Assembly (NCBI RefSeq): GCF_006345805.1 | Contig: NC_043008.1 | Location: 76,880,001 to 76,944,000, forward strand | DNA from: Octopus sinensis | Lineage: Eukaryota | DNA: 64,000 bases | Direction of reading: 5' to 3' | Shown: positions 25,321 to 38,109 of the stretch, piece after piece | How positions within the stretch are numbered: the stretch's first letter is position 1 | Layout: every line of letters starts with the position of its first letter | Translations under genes and position numbers: made by a program | The notes under the pieces: model-generated | Databases searched by the model: none | What the model was told of the DNA's origin: nothing | Seen by the model: the letters and a program-made list of their open reading frames with translations, nothing else

Positions 25321-25532
25321 AAGGCGGTGAGCTGGCAGAATCGTTAGCACGCCGGGCAAAATGTTTAGCGGCGTTTCGTCCGTCCTTACTTTATAAGTTC
25401 AAATTCCGCCGAGGTCGACTTTGCCTGTCATCCTTTCGGGGTCGATAAATTAAGTACCAGTGTAACACTGGGTCGATGTAATCAACTCATCCCTCACCTA
25501 GAATGGCTGCCCTTGTGGCAAAATTTGAAACC
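25321..25532 (+). mobile_element. Full-length SINE family A with (TTA)n tail
   Basis: A box TGGCAGAATCGTTAG, B box AAGTTCAAATTCC, core, and 3' end AAATTTGAAACC. Confidence 0.9.
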
Positions 25533-25533
25533 G

Positions 25534-25633
<100 letters not shown>

Positions 25634-25848
25634 GTGTGTGTGTGTATTTGTGTGTCTGTGTTTGCCCCCCTAACATCGCTTGACAACCGATGCTGGTGTG
25701 TTTACGTCCCGTAACTAGTGGTTCGGCAAAAGAGACCGATGGAATAAGTACTAGGGTTACAAAGAATAAGTCCTGGGATCGATTTTCTCGACTAAAGGCA
25801 GTGCTCCAGCATGGCCACCGTCAAACGACTGAAACAAAAGAGTAATTA

Positions 25849-25883
<35 letters not shown>

Positions 25884-25885
<2 letters not shown>

Positions 25886-26095
25886 AGCGGCGATCTGGCA
25901 GAATCGTTATTCCGCCGGGCAGAATGCTTAACGGTATTTCGTCCGTCTTCGTATTCTGAGTTCAAATTCCACCGAGGTCAACTTTGTCTTTCATCCTTTC
26001 TGGGTCGATAAATTAAGTACCAGTTGAGCACTTGGGTCGTTGCAATCGACTTACTCCACCTCCGGAATTACGTGTCTTGCATCAAAATTTGAAAT
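25884..26095 (+). mobile_element. Full-length SINE family A inside a (TTA)n tract
   Basis: Same head, core and tail, flanked by TTA repeats. Confidence 0.88.
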
Positions 26096-26530
26096 CATTA
26101 CTATTATTGTTGTTGTTGTTTAACCCTAGATTTTCTCTAAATAATCAGATCTTTGACCAAAGTCACTAAGCCACCCCTCCCGATATTTCCAGACGTTGAA
26201 TTTAATTCTATGTTATCCGATGCCATGTCTCCTTCCATTTTAAAAACTAAAGTCATTTGGTAGAGGTGCTATTTCTAGCACACGAAAACTAATTTTAATT
26301 GTTGTAGCTGTTAATTTTATAACTATATACAAGTGCGCGTGCTGGTAGACACGCCCCACCACATACACACACGCAACCGCACACACGTACACTTTACATG
26401 CACACACATTCCCGAACATAATCAATGCAGGTTTTTTCATTGAAACACTTTTGATCTCTCTCTCTCTTTCTCTCTCTCACTCACTCACTCACCACTCACT
26501 CACTCACTCACTCACTCACTCACTCACTCA

Positions 26531-26596
<66 letters not shown>

Positions 26597-27234
26597 CTTT
26601 CTATTCTTTCTCGCTTACTTTCTTTCTCTTTGTATTCCGTCTCTCTCACTCTCCTCACCCCCGTTCCTCGAATTTCACTCCCAATCTCTCTACACGCGAA
26701 AAGAGGAAGAAAGAAAGTGAGAGACAGAGAGAGTGAGAGAGAGACAGAGTAAGACAGAGAAAGACAGAGACAGACAGACAGGCAGGCAGACAGACAGACA
26801 GACTGACAGACTGACAGGCAAACATACAGAGAGCAGGCAAGGGAGAGAGGGAGAGAGTGAAAATGAGAAGAGAGAGAGAGAGGGAGCGCGCAGGAGACTG
26901 AGAGCAGGAGAGAGAGAAAGTACAGTGAATATAATGACTAAGAGGAATAACTGAATCTTGTCACAGCCAATTCTTGCTGGGTCATCAACACCACATCACA
27001 TTATATTGGGCCACAGTGTACTTTACAGCATCTCACTGCACCATACTGCATCATAATGGATGACACTGCAACCCAGTATCATACTATCTGTTTGTAAGTC
27101 TCAAGCACAGATGGGGATGTGATGTGATAGGGTTCCAGGGAGGAAAAGTAGAATGTCAAAGCACTGAGATTTAGTGAGGCAGAAGTGGTTTTAATATACA
27201 TTGAGGAAAAAACTGCTTACATGTTTTAATAGTG

Positions 27235-27840
27235 GTTTCAAATTCTGGCACAAGGCCAGCGCTTTGAGAGGAGTGGGTAAGTCGATTACATCGACTCTAG
27301 TGCGAAACTGGTACTTATTTTATCAACCCCGAAAGACTGAAAGGTAAAGTCGACCTCAGTGGAATTTGAACTCAGAACATGAAGACGAACGAAATATCGC
27401 TAAGCATTTTGCCCAGAGTGCTAACGATTCTTATTTCTTTATTGCCAACAAGGAACTAAACATAGAAGGGACAAACAAGGACAGATAAAAGGGTTAAGTC
27501 AATTACATCGATCCCGGTGCGTAACTGGTATTTAATTTATCAATTCCGAAAGGATGAAAGGCAAAGTCGACCTCGGCGGAATTTGAACTCAGAACGTAGC
27601 GGCAGACGAAATACCTATTTCTTTACTACCCACAAGGGGCTAAACACAGAGAGGACAAACAAGGACAGACAAACGGATTAAATCGATTACATCGACCCCA
27701 GTGCGTAACTGGTACTTAATTTATCGACCCCGAAAGACAAAGTCAACCTCGGCGGAATTTGAACTCAGAACGTAACGGCAGACGAAATACGGCTACGCAT
27801 TTCGCCCGGCGTGCTAACGATTCTGCCAGCTCGCCACCTA
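27235..27840 (-). mobile_element. Trimeric SINE family A
   Basis: Three consecutive head/core units joined twice by the same ~75-bp linker, with a single standard 3' end. Confidence 0.85.
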
Positions 27841-28231
27841 AGCCCGAAGATAATGAGTTTAACTCCGAGTTTCTGAATTTCAGATTTTAATGAATTCAGT
27901 TTGAAAATTACTATGTAACAAAGCCGGTATTTTGTGAATTATTGGCATTTCGCCTTATAATAATCAAACCACATTTAGAATGTTGAAAGACAAAAAGGAA
28001 ACTACTTACATTTCAAGGATAGATTTAGCTAAGTTTTAAGATCTGATAAAGTCTTATAAACAATAGTTTGCACAAAATCTTCACATGATCCGTCGTCCGA
28101 CACCAAACCTAAATCCATATAAAAATATAAGGTAAAAACGAAAAGAATTTCGACTTGCCGACATTTGCACAAAATCTGCCTCGAGAATTTCAAAAGAAGG
28201 TGTTTCTCTTCTCATAACAGATCATCTACAC

Positions 28232-28607
28232 TAGTGGTTCCCAAAGTGGGCGGTATTGCATCATGGGGGAGGTGGAAAGTTCCAAGAGAGCGTTGAAGAA
28301 AAGCGGAGTCATAACGGAATAGCGATTCATGTCAAAAGTAGGGCGATAATGGGGTAGCGATACATGTAAAAAGTGGGGCGATAATAGGGTAGCGATACAT
28401 GTAAAAAGTGGGGCGATAATGGGGTAGCGATATATGTAAAAACAGCAAAATAATGGGTTCATTAGGTTAAGTTTTATTTGTGAAATACAGTTGCTTTGAC
28501 TTTGTCTCAGAAATAGGTCTATGCTTGTGATGGTTAGTTGGGGTGGGGGCCCCAGAAATGTGGCCTGAGTGTCAAGAGGGCAGCCCGAAAAAGTCTGGGA
28601 ACCACTG
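28232..28607. mobile_element. hAT (Charlie-like) MITE 1 with an internal ~35-bp tandem repeat (about 4 copies)
   Basis: TIRs TAGTGGTTCCCAAA / CTGGGAACCACTG; 8-bp TSD ATCTACAC at 28224-31 and 28608-15. Confidence 0.9.
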
Positions 28608-28615
28608 ATCTACAC

Positions 28616-28869
28616 CAATGGTTCTCAACCGAGGTCCATATGGCCTTCGGGGTCCCATATAAGATTTTGTTGTTATTTTAATGTATGTGCAATAAATTGG
28701 TTTTGCTCCTACCTCGCACAAAATATTTTAACAATTTTTTAAATACGATTCTTAATAATATATAATTATAAAAATATTTTTTTAAACATCGAATGGCTTT
28801 CAGGTTCCACCAGACTAAAATAGGAATAAAAGGGATCCATAGGTATTAAAAAATTATCGAGAACCGCTG
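28616..28869. mobile_element. hAT MITE 2
   Basis: TIRs CAATGGTTCTCAA / TCGAGAACCGCTG; flanked by ATCTACAC at 28608-15 and 28870-77. Confidence 0.9.
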
Positions 28870-28965
28870 ATCTACACCACTTACATCATTCAATAGGGGA
28901 TGGTGCAGGGCACTACAGGTCAAAAGGGGTTCATCTACTTCTGTTTTCGACGAAAGCAAAAGAAA

Positions 28966-29283
28966 GGTAATGCAGTACGATCGTTTCATGCAACTCCATT
29001 TAATTGAACAATGTAATCATTACATCAATTTAAAATGTAGATCAATCTTCAGCTGCACAAAGACATAGAATTTGATTAAATTAGAACAGATAGACACATT
29101 AATATAATTATACCTAAACTTTTAGGAGATTTTAGGTATAATTATACTAATGAGTCCATCTGTTCTAATTTAATTAAATTCTATGTCTTTGTGCAGCTGA
29201 AGATTGCTCTGCATTTTAAATTGATGTAATGATTGCATTGTTCAATTAAATAGAGTTGCATGAAACGATCGTATTGCATAACC
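28966..29283. repeat. 318-bp fold-back palindrome made of two inverted hammerhead-bearing arms
   Basis: Arms of about 150 bp with few mismatches; right arm has TGCAG-CTGAAGA (29197-203)...GAAA (29262-65)-CGATCG-TA-TTGCA; the left arm carries the same on the minus strand. Confidence 0.9.
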
Positions 29284-29398
29284 TCTGGATAGCCTTTTTG
29301 CTTATTTTGATTTTAATCACCTTACTTTGAAATTATATGGACAATACCGTACTAAATTCTGGTGCCTCAAACATAGGTACCATATTCACCTGAATCTG

Positions 29399-29461
<63 letters not shown>

Positions 29462-29462
29462 C

Positions 29463-29531
<69 letters not shown>

Positions 29532-30024
29532 TATTATATATATATATATGTATATATATATGTATATATATATGTATATATATGTATATATATATGTATG
29601 TATGTGTGTACATATGCTTGTGTATGTTTGTATATATGTGTGTGAATGCATGCATGTGTTTGTTGTATATATGCATATGTATGTATGTATGTATGTTTGT
29701 ATGTATGTATGAGGAACTGCCATCCTTTTAGTCGTGGTATATTGAAAACAAGATTGTGTTGTGGTTTTATCTCAGTTTTATATTTTCGTGTGAGTTTCTC
29801 GCAGTTCATCTGGCACCGCAAAGTCCTTGCTCCATCAACAACATTTCAAAATCTAAATCTTCATCCTGAAAACATAACAAAGCATGTTATAGCAATGTTA
29901 TAATAAAAAAAAGTATTTTGGAATTACAACTTCCAGAGACAGCCTGTGACACGAACACACACACACACGCTCACACAAACACGCACACACGCTCACACAA
30001 ACACGCACACACACACACACACAC

Positions 30025-30329
30025 ATGTTTTTTATGCGCCCTTTTCAAGCCTAGACAGGCCCATGGGCCCGGTTTCCCGGTTTCTGTGGCGTATGTGTTC
30101 CCCCCAGCTGGACGGGACGCCAATCCATCGCAGCGTTACTCAAGAAACAGGAAGAAAGAGTGAGAGAAAGTTAAGTCGGGGCGAAAGAGCACAACAGGGG
30201 TCCCCCCCCCCGAGCCTCGTGGAGCTTTGGGTGTTTTCGCTCAATAAACACACACAACGCCCGGTCTGGGAATCGAAACCGCGATCCTCCGATCGCGAGT
30301 CCGCTGCCCTAACCACTGGGCCATTGCAC

Positions 30330-30330
<1 letters not shown>
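30025..30330 (-). mobile_element. tRNA-derived SINE with a V-domain-like segment
   Basis: Head GCAATGGCCCAGTGGTTAGGGCAGCGGACTC...GGTTTCGATTCCC; internal GCGATGGATTGGCGTCCCGTCCAG resembles the V-SINE domain. Confidence 0.75.
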
Positions 30331-30370
<40 letters not shown>

Positions 30371-31467
30371 TTATGACAAAAAGGTTTTCAAGTTATCTTA
30401 CATTATGAAAATGTAGACAGAATTAGGTGAATCTAGCCGATAGTTCATCGTCAACAATATTTATTTCTTTAAGCGACATTTCTCTCTGAAATTAGTTTTA
30501 TTTTAAGAACTTTTCTCGACGGTAATCTATCTGTAATTATAATATATATTTTACTATAAATATCAATGAATCTGCGAAAATTCTGTGTTTGGATCCCATT
30601 GCTGGAACTAATATATTTTAATTCCCTTCAGTATTTGGTTTACAACCGTTATATAAGTTGTCATGATGGATTAAACACCGTTTTATATTTCCTTTGTCTA
30701 ATGCCAAAATATGAAGAAGACATTACGCATGAGAGGTGTGACTCGACTTGACTGACCAATCAATAACATATTTAGCAGGAATGAAATAGTTGTTCATCTA
30801 GCAATGACTAATGATATCCACAGTAACCTACAGAAACAAAGGATCAACATCGATTGAATGAGTCACCCAACTTAATGGATTTTGCTGAACGACAGAGAAA
30901 GGTCAAGCTATACAAGTAGTTGATATGACAAAAGAGGGTATATCTCGATATTTAACGATCGATATATACATTGGTCATTGGATATATTATGTATATTTAA
31001 TGCCTGGTCGAACTAACTGAGTGAACAGGAAACATTCTAGCGACTGCAGGCTTTTTCTTAGTCATGTCTGTCTATTGAATTATTGCACCATAGTCAAAGT
31101 ACATCAGAAGTAAGTAGGATGTCAGGGTTTCGAAACCTGGCAGTCACTATATTTAATTTTGTTTAAATGCCTTTGTGCTCCCTACATAGCAGACATTAGA
31201 TTATATTTTCTTAATTAACACGCTTTTATTCATTACAAGGAAAAATCAAAATCAAAGTGAGATCTCTGTGGAAGAATTAAACGGATACGTATTGCAAGAA
31301 ATATGGCTTGCAGTAATTTAAATAAACAATCTTCTGTCGTTCGACAGTATTTATCATAAATACTTATTGTTATACTAACTATCATGAGTAGATTATAATT
31401 ACTGGTATTAGAAATTCTCCAAAAATGGACTACGGGATTAAGTAAAACTACAAGATTAAGTGCGTGT

Positions 31468-31550
<83 letters not shown>

Positions 31551-31948
31551 CGTGTGTACGTATAGGTACGCACGTATTTCTCTCTTTCTCTTTCATTCTC
31601 TCTGCAGAGAGAGAGAGAGAGAGAAAGAAAGAAAGGGAAGTCAGAGAGGGGGAGTAAGAGAGAGAGATAGATACATACATACATACATACATTCATATAT
31701 ACACGCATACACGCGTGTGTAGGTACGTAAGTGTGTATAAGTCGCCCATTTGGCATGCGTCAATTCTTTTCTTTCTCTTCTTTTGTTTTCTCCATTTATG
31801 TTCCTGTCTAGAAGAAATCGGCTTTGGAAAGGGGCGTGATCTGCCAGGTCTAAGCAGCTCAAAATTCGCCATATCTCGTTTACGATAGCACCCCTTCGGC
31901 TCCATGGCATAGTGGAAGGCACACCTAATACATACATACATACATACA

Positions 31949-32477
31949 TTATTTGGGATAGAGAAGAGAAACTTAGCACAGTTGTGGAAATTAACTACCC
32001 AGCGGATGTTAACATAATGCTAAAGATCAGTGAAAAAAAGAATACCTACGCTGATCTATTGAGAAATCTGCAGTTACTTTATGCAGATCACAAGTTCAGG
32101 TTTATACCTGTAATTATTGGGAGCCCTGGGATATTTAACACACTGCCTAAATACCAGTCTTGAGAAATTAGGCTTCTCAAATCCAGAAAGGAGAAATCTA
32201 ATTCAAAGACTACAGATCCAATCCATCACTGGAACTGTAGAAGTCTGTAAAACATTCCAGAAGTTTATCATTTAAATATATATGAGCATGTTTAGATATG
32301 CAACTATATGCATAAAAACACATACATAAAGCAAAACATGCAAATCTCCTATACATACATACAAACAAAATACCCTGTTGTTGATGTTGAAATTACAACG
32401 AAGGAGCATTGGATCTAGGTTAGAAACCGGCTCTTTCTTTATTGGCAAGAAATCTTGAAATCAAACTGAGCAATGAC
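31949..32477 (+). mobile_element. 5'-truncated RLE retrotransposon family C flanked by (TACA)n on both sides
   Basis: IIWDREEKLSTVVEINYPADVNI...KKNTYADL...FIPVIIGSPG; 3' UTR matches 63775-64000; (TACA)n at 31928-48 and from 32478. Confidence 0.88.
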
Positions 32478-32550
32478 ACACATACATACATGCATGCATA
32501 CATACATACATACATACATACATACATACATACATACATACATACATAAA

Positions 32551-32582
<32 letters not shown>

Positions 32583-33438
32583 CCAGATGCATTCCAGAAG
32601 GTTTGAGATGTCTTTTAGAAGATGCAGTTATGATTCTCCTAAATTATTGTAATTTTTGTATATCATTACTATATATATCTAACAAGCTGGCCTGCCAGCT
32701 TTATTATTTCAGATTGAAGGAGATGGCTGCAACAACAACGCTTTGAACACACCTTACACTGTTTGTCACAGCTAATTAGTTTGCAGAATGCAGTCGACCC
32801 GTGATGACCATTTGGAAGCTCACTATCCTAAAGTTTTGTGTCAAATTGGGGAAAAACACTACTGAAATACTCTGGATTAACTTACTTATGGATTAACTTA
32901 CATGAACCGATTATCTGTTTTTCGCAGGTACAAGAGCTCAGGCAAAGCAAGTCGACCAGGGAACTCATCGTGTTCCCTTTTTTTGATAGCAAAGACATTA
33001 TTTACATTCCCACAGGCCAAATGGTCAACAAAGAGTATTTTGCAGAGGCTTTAAGAGAATTCAAGAAGGGATTTCGTCGCAAAAGGCCAGAGCACCTATA
33101 CCTGAGCAATGCACTAGTCCACAATTCCGTGATGGTACCTAACTACTTGACAGAGATCGGTATCAAAACTCCTTCTCCCTCATTACAGCCCAGACCTTGC
33201 ACCCTAAGACTTTCGATGTTGTTCAACCTGAAGGAGAAGATGAAGGAAGTTGTGATAAGGCTCCTGGACACATTCACTTTGGAGGAGTACCATGGGGCCT
33301 TCAGAAAGTGGTTGGAGAGTTTCAACAAATGCATTGATGTCAGAGGCTCCTCCATTGAAGGAGATTAGAGTTTTAACTTCTTTGAAATTAATAAATGTCT
33401 CCTCAGAGAAAGTCTCAAAAATTCTGGAATGCACCTTG
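32583..33438 (+). mobile_element. Internally deleted mariner (irritans-like)
   Basis: TIRs CCAGATGCATTCCAGAAGGTTTGAGA / TCTCAAAAATTCTGGAATGCACCTTG; FFDSKDII, GQMVNKEYF, RRKRPE remnants. Confidence 0.85.
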
Positions 33439-33787
33439 TGTGTGCGCGCGTGTGTATGTGTGTGTGTGAGTGTTTGTATGAGTGTGCGCGCGTACATGTG
33501 TGTGTGTGTGTTTGTGTAAGAGTACGCACATACAGATGTGCATATATTCTTACAAATAGTAATTTAATCATATCTATAGTAATAGTTCATACACAACATA
33601 TAGCACATACACATATATGCATACACGTTTGTATGCATATATGCACGCACACATACAGGCATACGTACATGCATACATGCACATTCAAACATATGCATGT
33701 TCACACAGCTATATGCAATCAATAACACGCACAAACATACTCGTGTCTGGACATGAAAGCATGTTCGAGCACACACACACATACATG

Positions 33788-33842
<55 letters not shown>

Positions 33843-35139
33843 CACACACACATACTGTTAGTAGAACGAGTGCACGTTCATTCACGTAGTTAACTCTATA
33901 ACAAATATATAAAGAATGAATATAAACATGAATATAATAAAAATATAAATTGATAATAAGAAAAAGGCGTCCAGGAAAAACGGATAGGAAAACAAGGATG
34001 GCTGAACCCTGTAGGACAATAGGGAAGAAGAGAACGGTGAGGACGAGAAGGAGGAGGAGATGGGGCAAGTGAGGACATGTCAGATGAACTGGGGTGGGGA
34101 GCTACTGTAACTGGAAGAGTGTAATACAATATATGCATGTATACATATATACATACATGCATTATATGCATGAGTATGCCTGCACACATTATCTCAGGCA
34201 CACATATACACACACACGTGTATATATACACATATAAACATACATAATATTTAAGGCGGCAAAGAATACTGCAGCCGAGTGTATGAGAATATATAGTAAA
34301 TAAATTTGCATGTAAGCGTTAAATAGACATAACTATATATTTAGTGAAGCAGTGAAAATAGGTCATGTGATTAAACCAGAGGGCAGTCACGGTTGGACAG
34401 ACGGGAGAACCACATACTAGTTTTGTCTGACCATCACTAGCTAAATGAAACTATTGACTATGCTCCACATTGATAGAGAGAGAGAGAGAGGGGGAAGAGA
34501 GTGTGAAAGTAAGAGAAAGGTATGCACTTGTCATAGTGTGTGTGTGTGTGTACGCACGCATGTGTGTAAATGTGTGCGCGAATATAAATGTGCAAATACA
34601 ATTCAGCAGTTGTGTGTGTTTGTGTGTGTGTGTATTTGTGTGTGTGTGTGTGCGTGTGTGTGTGTGTGCGTGTGTGTGTGTGCGTGTGTGAGTATAACAG
34701 GAATTAATCGTATTCCACCAGAACAACCGTCCACTCATGGTTGCTGATGAGAAATATTCAACTATATGGTAATCATAATGAATGATCATGTATAATAGTA
34801 TATGAATATAAACACAGCAACTTAAAGCTGGTGTGCAGTGCAGAACCAAATGTTGTGATCTAGTATTAAAGTTTGATATCCTCGTGTTACAAACACACAC
34901 ACACATTCATTTCAAATAAACGAATAAAAACGGACAACATGAGGACGTACATATGAAATGTATTAGCTTGACGCTCGGTAAAAGGAGTGAATTTGACGTT
35001 TCGAACATAGCATTTCGTCGGAAAGCAGACACATTTATATATAAGTATGCATATATGTCTGAGTTTGTGTGTGTGTGTGTGTGTATGCATGTATGCATGT
35101 TTGTATGTATCTATCTATCTCTCTCTCTCCTCTCTTCGC

Positions 35140-35192
<53 letters not shown>

Positions 35193-35613
35193 ATACAATA
35201 TAAACATACATACATGCATACATACATACATACACACATAAATATATAGATACATACATGCATACATATATACATTTATATATAAGTATGCAGGTATGTA
35301 TGTATGTATGTATGTATGTATGTATGTATGTATGCACGTATGTATGCATATGTTTATGTGTATAATATTGTCCGTTTTATTGTATAGAAACAGGGTTTGC
35401 GTCAAAAAGGAAAGCCAAACATGAAGGACCTTTCAATACATTAATGTGGAGTAATAAATATGTATTTACAAGCAAAAAGTTGACAGTAACGACTGATCGG
35501 TTAACCACTGAGTCACTATCAATTAGTTTCTGGTAAGTACGTGTGTGTGTTTGTATGTCTGTGTGTTTGTGTGTGTGTATATAGTATATATATATGTATA
35601 TATATATATATAC

Positions 35614-35685
<72 letters not shown>

Positions 35686-35709
35686 ATATATATACTATAT
35701 ATATATATA

Positions 35710-35839
35710 TTTATTATATAGAAGGAGCTTCTACAGGACTAGAACTATAAATAAGGTACTCAATACTAGTTCTAGTCCTGTAGAAGTCCTTCTATATAAT
35801 AAATTAATTTACTCTTCTATGTATTGAGTACCTTATTTA
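35710..35839. repeat. Interleaved inverted repeats A-B-A'-spacer-B'
   Basis: A 35710-47 / A' 35767-803 (1 indel); B 35748-66 / B' 35821-39 (19/19). Confidence 0.9.
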
Positions 35840-35901
35840 CTGTGGTTAACCCCGACTCAACCCGGGACCTACATATATATATATATAATGATATATTATA
35901 T

Positions 35902-35953
<52 letters not shown>

Positions 35954-35985
35954 TACATACATATATATATATACATATATACTAT

Positions 35986-36027
<42 letters not shown>

Positions 36028-36067
36028 GATATATATATATAAGTGGTATACCTGAATATAAATAATG

Positions 36068-36118
<51 letters not shown>

Positions 36119-36164
36119 TTTTTGATTGATAGATAGACAAGACAGACAGACAGACAGACAGATT

Positions 36165-36253
<89 letters not shown>

Positions 36254-37887
36254 ATTGATTGATTGATAAATCTGTAGTTACACACCCATGTATTAAGTTC
36301 AATACCCCCAACACTCCCACCCACGCATATCAACTTTCACTTTCATTTATTTCAAAACTAAAATACTTCCCCACAAATATTTTCACTTCCCTAGTCTGGA
36401 TTCCAATATTGCCAGATTTCCCTTCAATCTGTGGACATGTGAACTGTAACTAATGGAGATTTAGTCCATTTCTAGACATTTCCTTAACCATTAAGTGTTA
36501 GGGAGGTGGTACACCATTGCATGACTAATGACTGGGGCCAAGGCAGTACACCTTGCCAGGAGAAAAGTCTAACAGAAAGGAGGGGGAGAGGTCTCATACC
36601 AGCCTGAATATCTCGGAGGGGTGCAACATTCCATTAGTGACGTCGAGGTGTGTGAGGAAGAAGAGGAAGAGAAGGAGGAAGAGGTGCACCATTGCACGAC
36701 TGATGTCTGACGTCTGAGTAGGTAGGAAGAAAGGGGTGAACTGACAATATTTGACATAGATTGCACAAAACAGTGCAATCTAATTAAAAATGTGCCTCAC
36801 CGACAAGTCCTCCCACACACAAACACACGCACATCACAAATCCACAACTCCACCTTCACCATTTCATCATCACTAGAGTACAACATCAATATCTATGCAT
36901 GTGTATACATTCAATATGTATTCAAACACTCTCCTCCCTCTCTCTCTCCTCTCTCTTTCTCTCTCTCTCTCTATATATATATACATATATATGTATATAT
37001 ATATATATTTTATATAAGTGTGTGTCTGTGTCTGTAATCCAAATGCATGTGTTAGTGTATACATGACCTCTACCAAACAATCTATGCCAGTTAGTTTCGA
37101 TCGTTGACAGTTTTCTGGGGCTCACTGTTCTCTCTCCCTCCTTCTCTCTCTCCTCTCCCTTCTTCACTCTTTCTCTCCCTCTCTCTCATACACACACACA
37201 CACGCACACACACACATATACATAAATACACGCACATATAGTGCAGCTAGCAATCAGTCGTACTGCAATTTCAGTGCTGCTATTGCTGCACAATGTTACA
37301 CTTGCTTTACCTATGACACACAGACAGACACTCTATATGTAGGTGTGTGTGAATATGTGTGTGTAGGTGGGTGTGTTAGAGCGAGAGAGAGACAGACAGA
37401 CAGACAGAAGACAGACAACAAGAGAAAGAGCGAGAGAGAGAGAGAGAGATGTTGTGCTGACAGTGCATTCAGCCAACAGATTCGCGCAGACATATAATAC
37501 TATACTCATATCATACACCTCCATACACACACAGAATACTGCATACATAAACACATACTATATTACACGTGCACACACGCACACAGACGTACACACACAT
37601 ACAGCACTACACGACCTTACACCAGAAGATTGTTCAGCAATGTTTCACCAACAGACTTTCTTCATGTTGTTGCCTAGCAATCACATTTATTTATTTATTC
37701 ATTTATTTATTTATTTATTTATTAAAACTAACCTACCTCTCCCCCACGTTACTCCCGCATACCGCCAAATCCCGCACGCGCAAGCAGGCGCAATACATTG
37801 GCGCGTGCTCTCACAGACACACATACGTGCGTCAGTGAGTTAGTGCATGTGTGAGTGTTTGTTTGTGTGTGGGTGTGGCTGTTTCTT

Positions 37888-37921
<34 letters not shown>

Positions 37922-38109
37922 TGCATAGAGGAACACAGAAATCCATACATATACATTCATGTATTCATCTATCTACGTGCATACACATACACACACACGC
38001 ACACACGCAGCGCACCACACACACACACACACACACACCACACACACATGTATGTATGTATGTATGTATGTATGTATGTAGCACCCCGGCGGTTGCGACG
38101 ACCAGTATT

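Noticed and set aside
28330-28442. Regular ~35-bp repeats as a possible CRISPR-like array
   Set aside because: Head-to-tail minisatellite without unique spacers, inside a hAT MITE in eukaryotic DNA
30255-30330. tRNA-like sequence as a possible tRNA gene (similar heads at 22545, 23636, 25321)
   Set aside because: It lacks a complete acceptor stem and continues into a SINE body; these are SINE heads
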